In this document: one piece after another, positions 37,749 through 49,740 of the stretch
Layout of the letters: every line of letters starts with the position of its first letter
Numbering within the stretch: position 1 is the first letter of the stretch
NCBI GenBank assembly: GCA_011109175.1
Contig: RDEW01000016.1
Coordinates: 484,811-548,810 of the forward strand
Direction of reading: 5' to 3'
DNA from: Dicyema japonicum
Lineage: Eukaryota; Animalia; Dicyemida
DNA: 64,000 bases
Program-made: the position numbers and the translations under genes
Notes under the pieces: model-generated
The model's input: the letters and a program-made list of their open reading frames with translations, nothing else
Database searches by the model: none
Told to the model about the DNA's origin: nothing

Positions 37749-38049
37749 GGCGTAATAAATTGTTTTTATATATTTTATTTATATAATTAAAATAATAAAA
37801 TAAATAATTCAAAAAATCTGTGTTGTATGTCACGGGATAGCAGTTCTTCTAGTTATCGAAGTAGAGATAGATCACATGAACGGTAATTAATAAAACACAT
37901 TGATAGATCAAGAAGGCGTCGTTCTAATAGAAGACATAGTCCTGAAGATAGAAGACAAAGAAAAATCTACTCTCGCAGTCATAGACGACATTCTAAGTAC
38001 AATTTTCTCATTATTGTGTTATAAACTGATTATATTTCTTTCATACTAA

Positions 38050-38750
38050 ATATTATATTTCCAAATAATTATTCTATTCCAATATGGCCTGATATTTCTC
38101 TTATATCCTCTTATTGTGCTTAATATAAAATTCCCATGCTAAATTTTTGTACCTCACCAATTATGCCTAACTATTGTTCCAGGACAGACGAAATGTTTCT
38201 CCTGCTAAATTTGCTATATATAAAATTCCCATGATAAATTTTATTTATCCTATTAATTATGTTTAATTATATTTTGATACATCGTAAGTTACTAATCCTC
38301 AACATTACACTAAATTTATATTCTTTCCACGATGAACGTTATTTAGCCTTCCAATATGGTTGACTACATTTGATAATTCGTAAAATTTTTCTCCTTAATA
38401 TTACACTAAACTTTAATATTTCCATGATAACTTTTGTTTAGCTGACTAATTATGTTTAACTACTTTTTGATGCTTCTTAAAATGTTACTTCAGCCAAATT
38501 TTGTTATACCTAAATTTTCCATGATAAAGTTTGTTTAGCCACCAAATATGGTTAATTACTATTTGATGCACCCTAAAATTACTACGTCTGCCAATTTTAC
38601 TAAACATACAAAATTTCCATGAAAGTTTGTTTAGCTTACCACTTATTGTTAATTACTGATTGATTTTTTTAATATAAAATTCCCATGGTATACTTTATTT
38701 AGCCTACCAATATGCTTACCTGCATTTGTTGCATCTTAAAATTTTTCCTT
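38050..38750. repeat. Degenerate ~97 bp tandem repeat (about 7 units)
   Basis: Anchor TTC(C)CATG at 38131, 38226, 38325, 38420, 38517, 38615, 38680 (spacing 95-99, last 65), each followed by TTTA/TTTGT and TATG/TATT elements. Confidence 0.7.
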
Positions 38751-38805
38751 ACCTATCATACTTGTGTGTTTTTTAATAAATATATATCTATCTAATCGCT
38801 TATAG

Positions 38806-40488
38806 TACTAGTGAATATAGCAGTGAGTATGGTAATCCGTCCAAAATTATAATGCTGCAACAACTTCCTCTTTTTGTTACTGAGAAAGACGTGTGGATAG
38901 TACTTTACCCTTAGATTATGGATAACATGTCTGATCAACGACCTCACTCCATTAGACTCCTCCCAGGTAGTCCGTACACTCATTCAAGGGACCTCACGTG
39001 CCTTGGTTGAATTTAAAAACACTCAGGAGGCCCAACAGTGGATGAAAACATGCAAGGTACCACAACCGTTCTAACACAGGGTACATGGTCTTTAATGGGT
39101 CGGTATGATGTCCCTCTTACCTACGCTGAGTCCCAACCCCTCGAGGAGATGCAGGACTGGACATGTAGTAAGGTAGTCTCCCTTGTGAGCACAGTGTCAT
39201 ATATACAACTTCAAAAAGAGGAACTTTTGCTTTCGGTGTAATATATCCCGCCAAGAATCCTTCGCCAATGTGGGGGAGAACCAAATTGCGAGTGATCCTA
39301 GCAGCAGTACTTCTCGATAATATGTAGCCCTCATACTGAGAGGACTGGATGAATTGACTGATGAGAGTTCCCTAATTTCGGGGTTTTCCAGAATAACCAG
39401 TACCCCCCTCATGAATATGCACGTAGTTAGGGATAGAGACACTCAAAAGTCAAAAGGATTTGCATTTGCCGAGTTATCCACCATCTCAGAAACTTCTGCC
39501 GTGGTGGAAGAGATATCTTTCGGCGGGAAAAGGTTGAGAGCTGATGGAAAAGATGTGCAAGTCGACTTTGCACGTGACTCATTCGACTCAATGTATGGCG
39601 GAGAGTTACAGTAGAATGAATTCGATGGAGAATTGGCCCAAGAAGCCAGAATTCCAGTATTCTGAGGTACTCTTTGGTCTTAGTTTGCGAGGGGTACCAA
39701 GCCGACACGAGCAATGTTGGAGCAGCAGCAGCCCAGGCAGCGATGAATAAGGGGAAGACTAAAAGGAAATCTAGTTGTACTCAGAACCGTGTGTTTTTGG
39801 TGTTATTTGGGGATAGAGACCTCTTCCTATGTTTATGATGAGTCCTCTGGTTATTACTACGACACAGTAAATGGGTTGTACTATGACCCTGTTTCCACTG
39901 TAAGGGATTTTTGTGGTTATTTGACAGTATTTTTACAATCCTATTACTGCACAGTATTTATATTGGAATGGGACCTCATTTGTGCTGCATGTCCAACAAG
40001 AACCTGATAAACAGCCTGAAAAGCCCGCCAAGAAAATTGAATTGAAAAAAGAAAGTGTACAAGTTAAGGCGGCAAAAAAGATCAAACGTGACATGGATAA
40101 GTAGGCCTCTAATCAGAATTCAGTTAAAGTGGACTCTTCCGTGAACATTGATGCTCCAACTCAGTTTGTCCTTCCAGTCGAAAGCCAGAAGGTTGAAATT
40201 GCTGAGAACTTGGTTAATTGGAGTCGTTTAGTGTGTCTTCTATGTAAAAGACAGTTTAATAGTCGTGAGGTGTTAGAAAAGCACGTTAGATTGTCACAAT
40301 TGCATGCGGTTGACCTTTTGATTGATTTCTAGAAAAATCTAGAAGCTTTGAATAAACCACATGGGACGACTGAGAGAGGGAATTTTTTCGATGTATCGGA
40401 CGAGCCAAGTCAGCGACAATATCGTGATAGAGCTAAGGAAAGGCGTGATAAATATGGAGTGTCTGAGCCACCTGGTGATGTTTCCTAA
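38806..40488 (+). CDS. RBM5: RBM5/RBM10-like RNA-binding splicing factor (RRM-RanBP2 ZnF-RRM-OCRE-C2H2), tiny introns, in-frame TAG, no G-patch
   Basis: Ten GT-AG introns (38891-38914, 38967-38988, 39057-39079, 39173-39194, 39307-39327, 39593-39614, 39667-39691, 39789-39816, 39900-39927, 40309-40332) join SKIIMLQQLP, DWTCSKCHIYNFKKRNFCFRC, TLILRGLD...KSKGFAFAE, YVYDESSGYYYDTVNGLYYDP, CLLCKRQFNSREVLEKHVRLSQLH and YRDRAKERRDKYG in one frame. RBM5 versus RBM10 is not resolved. Confidence 0.88.
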
Positions 40489-40659
40489 ATTACATTTTCT
40501 TTTATTAATAAGTTTCCTACATGTGAATTGTGACATCTTTATATGACTGGTGTTAACCATCTTGTAATATGTTGGAATAGTGGAATTGTTTAAATTACGG
40601 TTATGATTAATAAAATTGAGTCATTAATCATTATAAACGCCTGCCCCTTGCAACCTACT

Positions 40660-40805
40660 CCAAAGTGCCTCTGGAATTCTTGAGTCATCTAGGGAATCAG
40701 ATTTCTGCGTGAACAGGAGATCCTCATGAGCGCTGTTCGCTATTTGAGAGAATCTCGCTGTCCATCCTAAGAGGGAATAGCCTCGCAGTAAAGGTGGCCA
40801 CTGTA
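40660..40805 (+). mobile_element. CRE-like 3' fragment
   Basis: LEFLSHLGNQIS..TGDPHERCSLFERISLSILRGNSLAVKVAT, nearly colinear with the end of 44354-45283. Confidence 0.75.
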
Positions 40806-41339
40806 TGAACTATTGTTATTTTTATTTTGTCATCAATGAATCAATTTTATGAAAAAATTCTAAGATTTGATTATCTATTGAGTTATATTTTTATAAACAC
40901 TGAGAATAACTGCAGTCAACTTTAGCAAATTGGCCACTTTTTGGTTACTTAGAATTTGTGGCCAATTTGAAAAGTGGATAATCTGAAAAAATAAAATTTT
41001 AAAGAATTTTTTTAGAAAAACGACTTTGATCAAAAACGTATTTAATTCCTAATTGTTTTTTTCCTTAATTAATACCTTCTTTGTATTTTTTAATTAAAGA
41101 AATTAAAAAACTTTGTCCATTCTCATTATTAGCTAAAAGTTCCATCTCTATTGCAGTTAATAATAACAAAAATATTCATTTTGTCTAAGGTCTTTCCTTT
41201 TCCGATTCTTGTTCACTATTTTATGATTTTTCTAATGAATTTTCATTAAATTTTTAATTCCCTGTGTATTCAATGTTTAAAAAATCCTCAACTTTTAGAG
41301 GATCGAAAATGTCTGTTATTCTGATTGCTAATTTAATTT

Positions 41340-41690
41340 AATTAAAGCACATCCCCGTTACCAGTACATACTGTTTATGGTTTCGCTTGTGCCATGTTTT
41401 TTCGACTATCCTTTCCGTTAGCCTTCTCCATCCCTTTAGTTGTCGTGCTTGCCCCCTGATTTCGTCCAGATTGTCTGCATCCATCAGTCGGCAGCCAATC
41501 GCACATAATCCTCCAAAGTGACTTGGAAACAAAACTTCTTGGACGTCCTCTGAATGTAGAAGATTAAGTATGGTCGAAAAATTCTTCGTTGGTGGCATAA
41601 AATGGTGTTTCTTCACGCATCCGTAGAATATGTCCAAAAAGGTGCCAGCGGGCTTCAAGTACGTTAACGCCTGAGGTCCACAATCAGTGA
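41340..41690 (-). mobile_element. RTE 3' end relic
   Basis: Degraded RTE C-terminus (QADNLDEIRGQARQLKGWRRLTERIV). Confidence 0.5.
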
Positions 41691-42292
41691 AAATTGGTGT
41701 ATCATTAATGTCAATTTCAAGATTTTCGCTATTCGATTTAATTAAAACTCTGAAACGATTCCTGTCTTCGGATATGTCTTCCCACGCTACTTTTGGAAAA
41801 AACCGTATCTTTTAAAATCAATTTCTTGTAGGAATCATAGATCGAAACATTGTAAAAAAGACCTTCAATTAAAATAATTATGTTAATAGATTAGCCTGAG
41901 CATGGTATAATTACTCTTAAAGATTTTATAATGCCAATATTGATGGATTGAAGTAAACCGGTGAACGATGTGATCGTCAGAGCTCTGAAGGCTACAGGCT
42001 TCCCATCACAACTTTAAACCGTGGGTCTCGATCGAGGAAATGGTTTGCAATGTTGATAGTCCCGAATCCACTTGTAATTTATATTCCAGATATTTCCGTG
42101 GTCTTTCTTCGAATGGGAGGTAGTTAATGGTCCTTTTTTGCGGTGCATTAAGTGCACCCTGAGCGTATGCAGAACTTCCGCAACTGGTAGACCACATGAC
42201 GCCACGTTTGCGTTATTTTACATAACAATAAGATTATGATATCAATTTATTATATATTAAAAAAACACTAGTTTTATCAAAATTAAAGAACA

Positions 42293-42430
42293 GACGCCCA
42301 ATGCCTAGCCGGCATCAGGAGGATCCACTATCCTTTCCCCGGGACAATTTCGTCACCTGGAGACAAGTTCTGGGTCGCTGGAACTAGTCACGATCAAGGA
42401 GTTAGTTTGGTTACCCTTGGTCTTTGGAAT
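42293..42430 (+). repeat. HDV-like-headed short repeat (3' half of head plus tail)
   Basis: GACGCCC-AA-TGCCtagccGGCA-TCAGGA-GGATCC ... GCTGGAACTAGTCACGATCAAGGAGTTAGTTTGGTTACCCTTGGTCTTTGGAAT. Confidence 0.75.
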
Positions 42431-42839
42431 TATTTTAATTAATTTAATCTATTCCACGCGATAAATGAGTCACCTGAGTCTGCCACACCAGGAAATGGAA
42501 ATAATAAAAATTAAAATAAATTATGATTGTCCTCAAATTCCTAAAAGCCAAAAATATAGGCTCAATAAATTGTCTGAATCTTTTGAGTTTGAAGATGAAA
42601 AACAATTTACCTGAAAATGGATTAAGGATGAGATTTTCTACCTCTGGTCAAACAGAATTAAAGATTCTATCGATTCAGGTAACCACTGTTGCTGATCTGA
42701 AAATAGGCTGACCACTATTGGAGGCCATTTGGAAAAACAGGTTATACAGTCTTTTAAAAAAAATGTACGATTTAACGAGAAAAGAAGTTCAAGAAGTAAT
42801 AACTTAGTTCACCTTCTGTAAACCACAAGAATGATGTCG

Positions 42840-43020
42840 ACAGAACCTCCAATTAGGCCAATAATTGAAAAAAGACCTCGTGACATCTATCTAGCAGATC
42901 TTATTGACTTGCATGGGTATTATCACATAAACGACGAATACTCGTGGGTATTAAAAAAAGTAATTAAAAGGTTATGGCATTAATCGACAGTTTTTCAAAA
43001 TACGGAATTGTCAAACTACC
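42840..43020 (+). mobile_element. Ginger/KRBA2-like integrase fragment
   Basis: RPIIEKRPRDIYLADLIDLHGYYHINDEYSWVL resembles the first catalytic-D region of rve integrases. Confidence 0.45.
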
Positions 43021-43321
43021 CGAAAAAAGTAGAGTCACGTGAGAGGATTGTTTATAATGAAGAAGACACCTCACTAGATGACGCGAAAAGGCATACAAGA
43101 ATCGACATATTTGTGGCGAATATATGTCTAAAAAAGACGGTGGAAATTTGACAAAGAGGAGATCAATATTGGAGATTGTGTTTTGCCGTCATGACGCAGA
43201 TGCCAACATGCAAAATAGAAAATGCCCGCTAATTTCACAATACACGGAGATGGGAATATTATAAAAAATGTGCATTTTTCAGGATTAAAAATAATAAAAA
43301 CTTGATTATAATTTTTTTAAT

Positions 43322-43788
43322 TTTTAGAGTTTTTGAATAAAATACTGACGTGTGTCATCAACTGTCATGCGTCATTCAATCTGGAAGATCATTGAAAAGG
43401 TTATGACTGTTGTTAGAAAATATCCTGGAGATTTTTATCCTTTTATTGAAACGTTCGTCTAAAAAATTCAAATTACCAGGTTTATCATTTTATTACTATT
43501 TTTCAGATTTCACTGTGATTTTCTCATTCCATCTAAAGACCATAGATCAATGAGGTCACTAATGCTTACTCGAATCTGATTTTCTCTGCATAGGTTGAAC
43601 TTTAAAGTTTACGAACGTGTTTGAGGGTATTCCATATCGACTTCCTTCTATACAAAAGTGTAGAAAATTTATGCCAAAGGTAACTTGACCTGAGCCTATG
43701 CGTTTACCCGTATAAGATGTTGCTAGCATATTCAAAAATTGCATTTCAGTTACGATTTATGTGGAATTAAGAGGTATCTGGATTCTAG
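43322..43788 (+). pseudogene. Paralog of 36471-36958
   Basis: Colinear nucleotide similarity. Confidence 0.35.
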
Positions 43789-44305
43789 ACCGAAATTTTA
43801 ATCTAAAACGTTTTTCATTACATTATTCTATATTTTAATAAAGTTTTTGATTAGCAGTTTTCATATTAAAACTGTTTTTCTAGATAAATTTTTCATAACG
43901 TCAAAAATAAAGTCATTTTCATAAATTCGGATTTATAAAGTCAAAATAAATCGCCCAAGTAATAATATGGACTTTTTGATGGAAACATAAGACTAGCGAA
44001 CATATTGATGACTTACACTTTGGTGCAACCTAAAGTGTAGAGAATAATAACAGAATCTTCACTAAGGGAGGTAGTAAAAACACGTAAGAAAAAAATAATT
44101 ACTCCTTTTTTCGATAAAAATTTTTTTTTCATTATAATTATGATAAATTTACAACGGATTTGTGATCGTGCCTTGGACTCTGCTGGACACCGCTTCATAT
44201 TGTAGCCACTCGGACTGCTCAGAGGAGACGGAAAGACGTTGGTATGTGTTGTACCTACATTTACTCCCTTTGTCTTTCCTCAAAAGTCATATCAAGCTGA
44301 TATCC

Positions 44306-45536
44306 TTTTTTTTTTAATTTTTATTTTGGCTTTATAAATTTAAACAATAGAAGTCAGGTAGTTGCCGCCCTCACCGCGTGGCTGTTCCCTCTCAAAATTG
44401 CGAGCGAAATTCGCTCAAATAGCCAGCGGCGTTCACGGAGATCTCCAGTGCATGAGGTGATCCGGTTTCCAAGACGTCCGAAAAACTCGAGTGTAGAGGG
44501 GGAGTAGGATCCGGAAGTCTCCATAGCAAGGGGAACAAATTTGACATCATCGGGAAGGTCGACGTATTTAACGAGTTTGGCCTTCTCCGCCTTTACGGAT
44601 GCTGAACAGGCCCTTGTAGCACTCTCGTGAAGATTTTTCTGGGCAAACGTGTCTGTACATGTCACATCCCAAACCAGTGGTTTCCCGGCCTCAAATGGAA
44701 ATATGGTCATCCCGTCCGGTCGTTTCCCGTCACTTCTGCATAACCCGACCGGTTCAAGAATGGCCGAGTATCCAGCAGCATCCATAGCTCGCCTGACAAT
44801 TTCATTCAGAGCCTTGTGCCTTGGGGATCTGCCAGCGCTCCTCCTGCAGGCGAGAGGGTGCAGACCATAGCAGTCTATCAGGATGCCACATCGGCACGGG
44901 TGAGGTACACATACTTTTAGTCCCAGCCGCAGAGAGATACCAGTTCTAACGCATTCATCATCCAGAAAAGTGCCCAAAGCTCCATTGGGGATGGCGTTTA
45001 GCCAAGCTCCGCTCTCAGGGGAAGCCCCCGAAAGCAAATAAGCGCGTCGGTGCTGATTGGCAGATTCTAGTAAGAGTCCAAATGATTTCCAGCATAATAA
45101 GTTGTCCAGGTTTCGCTGGCGATCTTGGGAAGGAGGCAGGGGGAGGTTGGTGGCATTCCAGGCTTCTCGTGCGTGGATTATCTCTTGGTCAGTTGAGAAT
45201 TCGGGTGGGGAGTGTAGAATCCTCCTGACCAAAGGTTCGCAGGCCGTGAGTGATGATAAATGAGCGGGAAGTGAGACGTCCAAAGTTCGACGATTCCAAG
45301 ACCCCCGAATCTAACTGGGAGTGTAGCCTGCATCCATGTATCATCGTCGAATCGGACATTAAATATTTGCTCCGTCGAGCTGAGGAGAGACAAATCAAAA
45401 TTCTCGAGCAGCTCCAGTTGAGAATAATATGGAGCTGTCCTTAGTAGATAAGAGATTCTCTGGATGTTGAGACTTCTTTTCAATAGGAATAGTGCTGTGT
45501 GCAAGTCCAGCAGCTGTAATCAATAGGAATAGTGCT
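44306..45536 (-). mobile_element. 5'-truncated CRE-clade non-LTR insertion with poly(A) and TSD
   Basis: RLE ORF 44354-45283 (HPLACRR CCHC knuckle, KRPDGMT, LVWDVTCTDT). Poly(A) at 44306-44315. TSD GCTGATATCC at 44296-44305 and 45537-45546. Confidence 0.92.
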
Positions 45537-45606
45537 GCTGATATCCTACAATTATTATTTATCAATGAATTTAACTTTTAAATCTATGATCAAAAGAAAA
45601 AATAAA

Positions 45607-45688
45607 TACCAACAGTGGGATTCGAACCCACGCATCCGAAGATAACAGCACCTTAAGCTGCCGCCTTAGACCGCTCGGCCATGTTGGC
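45607..45688 (-). tRNA. trnL-AAG: tRNA-Leu(AAG), 82 nt
   Basis: Acceptor GCCAACA/TGTTGGT, D-arm GCC/GGC, anticodon arm GCAGC-TTAAGGT-GCTGT, long variable arm, T-arm GTGGG-TTCGAAT-CCCAC, oligo-T terminator downstream. Confidence 0.96.
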
Positions 45689-48272
45689 TTCCTATGCTAT
45701 TTATCCTCATAGAAGATTAATATAATATTTTCATTTTTTAATCAAATAAATCAAACAAATATGAGCAACAATTTTTTTAAATGATTGAAAATTCTTCAGT
45801 TAAACGATCAAAAAATTTTTTGTTTCACTTTATAAATTCAGTAAGTCAAGTTATTAATTTGTCAAGGTTGGAATGATGTGAGCTGAAAGCCTACCTTATT
45901 TGAAAAGCACGAATAACCGATAAAGTAACTTCGTTAATGAAAATTTGATAGATAAATCAAAATCCAAAAAATAGTTTGAAATTTTATTTAGTGAATTGCA
46001 TCAAGATGCTGCTGACGAGGACATTAGAAAAAGTTGCTTCGTCTACCATGATACTTCATTCATCGGTATTTAATCTGGTAGTCTTCAACAGCGACTTCAA
46101 GTAAGGCACGATTTACACTGCAGAAATCATGCGTATTGAATTGCCTCAAAAAATAACATGGATGATTGTGTCCATGATTTTGGTATATGGGAACGTTCAA
46201 TTATATTCATCCTACATCCGTCCTATGTTGTTATGATTGGATTTCTTCTTGAGTCTCGGATAAAGCCTTGGATCTAGCAAAAACTCTACAACCTGACTTC
46301 TCTCTAATGTTTCATAAGGACGGGCGTTTCATAGGAAATTAACTTTGAAGTTATCATAGATTTCTCACCCAAAATGTTAACAAAAAAGATCATATCAATT
46401 AATTGTTGAGACGACCACCAAAAATGAAAATATAGAATCCTAAGATTAATGAAACTCGATAACTTATACCCCACATTGAGATATTCCATGATCTACTGCT
46501 GACAATATTATTCTTTTTTATTCTGATATCACAAATTCTACTTCTGACAATCCCATCTCTCTATTTTTGAATAATCACGTGGCTCTTTTCAGCTCAACTC
46601 TTATGCTCTTTCCAATAATGATAAAAGTTGAGCATTTGTCTAGTACGGTAGTGTGTGTGTCCCTGCGCTATTGGTAACCCAACATGAGTAGAAATTTTTT
46701 TCAGACCGTTGAGGGACGAGATGACTCGAATTACAACGTCTGCCAACAGTACTCTGATCATCTTTCGGAATTCTCGTCCAGTATTGTTTTGATTGTGTTT
46801 ATTAATTTTCCCCTGTTTACTGTGTCAAATGGTCTTGAGAGGTCTATTCCGAGGATATATTTCTTTCTTGTACCTTCATGTCATAGCGAATCTTGATCAA
46901 TGGCCCATTGAAATTTTATTATGGCATCATTTTTTGGATAGCTTTCATTTGTTAACAAAAATTTTTAAAAATAAAAAATATGTAGTCAGTTTTCCAAACA
47001 AGATGAATAGAAAGCAATTATAAGAAAAAAATCACACGTCTTGTGGTGTCTTAAAAATGGAAAACGTGGAAAAGAAGAGATTTGAAATAATCAACAAAAT
47101 TGACAAAATAAAAGGACAATCCACTTTACAGTTTGTTCGTGAAGTTTCCATGTCTTTTGTCGGAATGATGAAAAAAATTATTGACTTTATAAAAATAGGT
47201 ATTGTCACTTCTACCAAAAATACCACATGCTCAGCTGTTCACGTTCCTTCTGAACAAGTGTCTTTGAAACATCAGAAAAGTACTTGAATTGGTTTCTAAT
47301 TTGTCGTCCAGACTCCCTATTAGGGGTTCACAAAGCTACTCGTATATATCTCGCAGACTGCCTGTACAAGTGTATTAGGAAGGCAGTCTCTTAAGCTTAC
47401 TGTGTTCAAGTTACGATTATGTGGATTATGCATACTCCATTGGAAGGGAAAAATCACTTACATCAATAGTGAAGGAATATATCAACATATTTTCATCGGA
47501 GGCTTATTGGTTGACTCCAAAAAACACAAAAATCCCAAAAATGCAAGACCTCATTTCTTAGAACATGAGTACCTATGGCGTCAGCTTGTGATGGCTACCA
47601 CAAAACTAATCAACCCCTGAAATAATTCGCCACATCTACACAGCTACTCCCATTTAATTAAAGGGAAAGAGGAATAAGCCTTATTGTTGTGCTCCCCCTC
47701 AGTATAGGATCCATGTGCATAGATCCTATGGAAAACCGTACTTATCAGCCAATACTTAACTTCCCCATTCTCTACAGTTAAAAAAGTGGACCCACCGGGT
47801 CATGATCTGTTCCGTCCCGGAATAGTCGATATCATAAGATATGTTATACACTTTTGAAGGTTATACATTGATGATTGCACTGTGGGCAGCCAACCAATGA
47901 ATGTGCTGTATGTCTGAGTAATTTAAGGTCAACAATTTATGATTTTTGCAACCTGAATTGAATTCGATCCTTTCTAGTTCAAAGAGATCATTCTGAAGGC
48001 CACAGAGACTCAAGAACAGGGTGGAATCAGTGACAAAGTGCAAAAAATAATCTAATTTCTTCGGGGGAACCTTAATCCTGAAAATGCAACAGCTCAAAAC
48101 AATCTACTACCGTTCGCTTCGGCAGTGAGAAATTTACTCCACCGAGGATTTAACGCACCCTACATATACTTGATCATGATGATTCTTCGAATTCCTAAAC
48201 CAACAGCAAACGCCTGTCTGGCCACTGGAGATGTTAGGGAACCACGCGTGGGTTAATGCTCTCCCTATCAAA

Positions 48273-48485
48273 GGCCGAATGGCGCAGAGTTACTAGTGCT
48301 GGACCAAAATCATGCGGTCCTGGTTCGAAACCCACTGCTTTCTATTCGGTTGAAGGTTCCACACATCTATGATGCTTTGGCTTGATCAGTAACGCCGTCA
48401 TCAGTGAACATCTCACTGCGGGACTGGGTAGTCTACAAAAGGACTCACACCAAACAAAAAAGAAGTTGAGACCATTTCTTGTTCT
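48273..48485 (+). mobile_element. tRNA-derived SINE, copy B
   Basis: A-box TGGCGCAG, B-box GGTTCGAAACCC, conserved core GCCGTCATCAGTG...CACTGCGG. Confidence 0.75.
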
Positions 48486-49425
48486 AGACGAAAAACGAAC
48501 GGACGTACAAAGGAACAGAGGACATCTTCCGTATCATCAGTTTATTTACGTAGGTATGTAGAGAGGAGTGTTTCCCTAAAGTATACTATCCACATTTATC
48601 TTGATGTCCATCGGAAGAAAGGATGATTGACTTACTTTGTCCTCAATCACTATGCAGTGGTTCATTATAAATCTGTATTATAATTAAGCAACACAAGTAA
48701 AAACATAAAAGCCATAGTGAGCGGTTCAACCATCAGCGGTCATGCCCAACCTCTCTCAAGTTCCCAATCTCATTTTTCTATTGACGTACTTGATCACATT
48801 CACTATCCCAGGAAGTGTGACTCGTGGGCGTTTACAGAAACGTTCTCAACCAAGTACTCCACCATCGCTATATTAGCTGGGGTATCCACTCCAAATCTCA
48901 ATATATAGCCTCCATCTCAAATCGGTGATCACGAGACTTAAAGGACCAGTTGAGCAAACATTATATAAAGCATTCTTGTCTATTTTCTTAGGCCAATTCA
49001 TTGTCCTGAGCTGCCTTCGATGAAAGGAGTCTATCTCCTGTTCTCAACAAGTGTTGGGATATGGATATTTATGAATATGCGATTTTTTGACAAGGATGTA
49101 ATTAAGATCAACGTGATTGTAAGATTCAATCAGAATGTGTGTCCGATGGGGGTATCACAGATTTGCGGATCAGGTGAGTATTATATTACCCATATGTTTG
49201 AATTCAACAATCACGGTGACGATTGAGAAGTCTTTAAACTTTGGAAGAATTGATTTTTCTGAATATTTCTGTTTCCTGTAAGGAAATATCAATTTTTGAA
49301 TGACAAGAAAGGCACGAGCGAACCCTAGGCATTTTACGTGCTTATGGCAACGCGGTAGTGCTTAATTTTTTAAGAAAAGCAACAAATACAATGGATTTGT
49401 GTTTAAGGCCATTTATAATAATGTT

Positions 49426-49740
49426 CGCACTTTCCGAGGAGCCATATCAGTTATCGCTCCCCGCAGGCAGAACACACACTTTATTTAGGTGAAGAACAGT
49501 TATATTAACTAATCGTAGAGGGAGAACCAAGGAATGCTCTTCACTTTTTTGTTTTCTTTCTCTTGTGTGTATGTCCCTTTAGACTATCCAGTTCCGCAGT
49601 GAATCTCCACTGATGACGGCACTCGTCAATCCGTTTAAGCAACGTAGATGCGTGGAACCTTCCACCAGGTGAACAGCAGCGAGAATCGAACCCGTGACCT
49701 AAGTCACTTAGCCCGACACTTAACCAATGTGCCAAGGCCA
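49426..49740 (-). mobile_element. tRNA-derived SINE, copy C (tail type A)
   Basis: A-box TGGCACATTGG, B-box GGTTCGATTC, core, AATAAAGTGTGTGTTCTG, then tail CCTGCGGGGAGCGATAACTGATATGGCTCC. Confidence 0.8.

Noticed and set aside
40101-40129. Reassigned genetic code (TAG as sense) for the whole organism
   Set aside because: No other in-frame TAG occurs in ~890 reconstructed host codons, Trp is encoded by TGG elsewhere, and TAA/TGA end the frames normally.
46103-46125. Apparent 23-nt GT-AG intron suggesting a plus-strand host gene
   Set aside because: No spliced frame stays open. The minus strand reads SIMVDEAT, better explained as an hAT relic.
47290-47620. Merlin-like transposase C-terminus (HWKG...PHFLEHEYLWR)
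   Set aside because: The resemblance is too loose to list as a feature without a profile search.
49610-49660. CTGATGA in the SINE core (antisense) as a hammerhead ribozyme
   Set aside because: There is no GAAA after stem II and no NUH after stem III in any of the four copies. The motif is antisense to the Pol III head.
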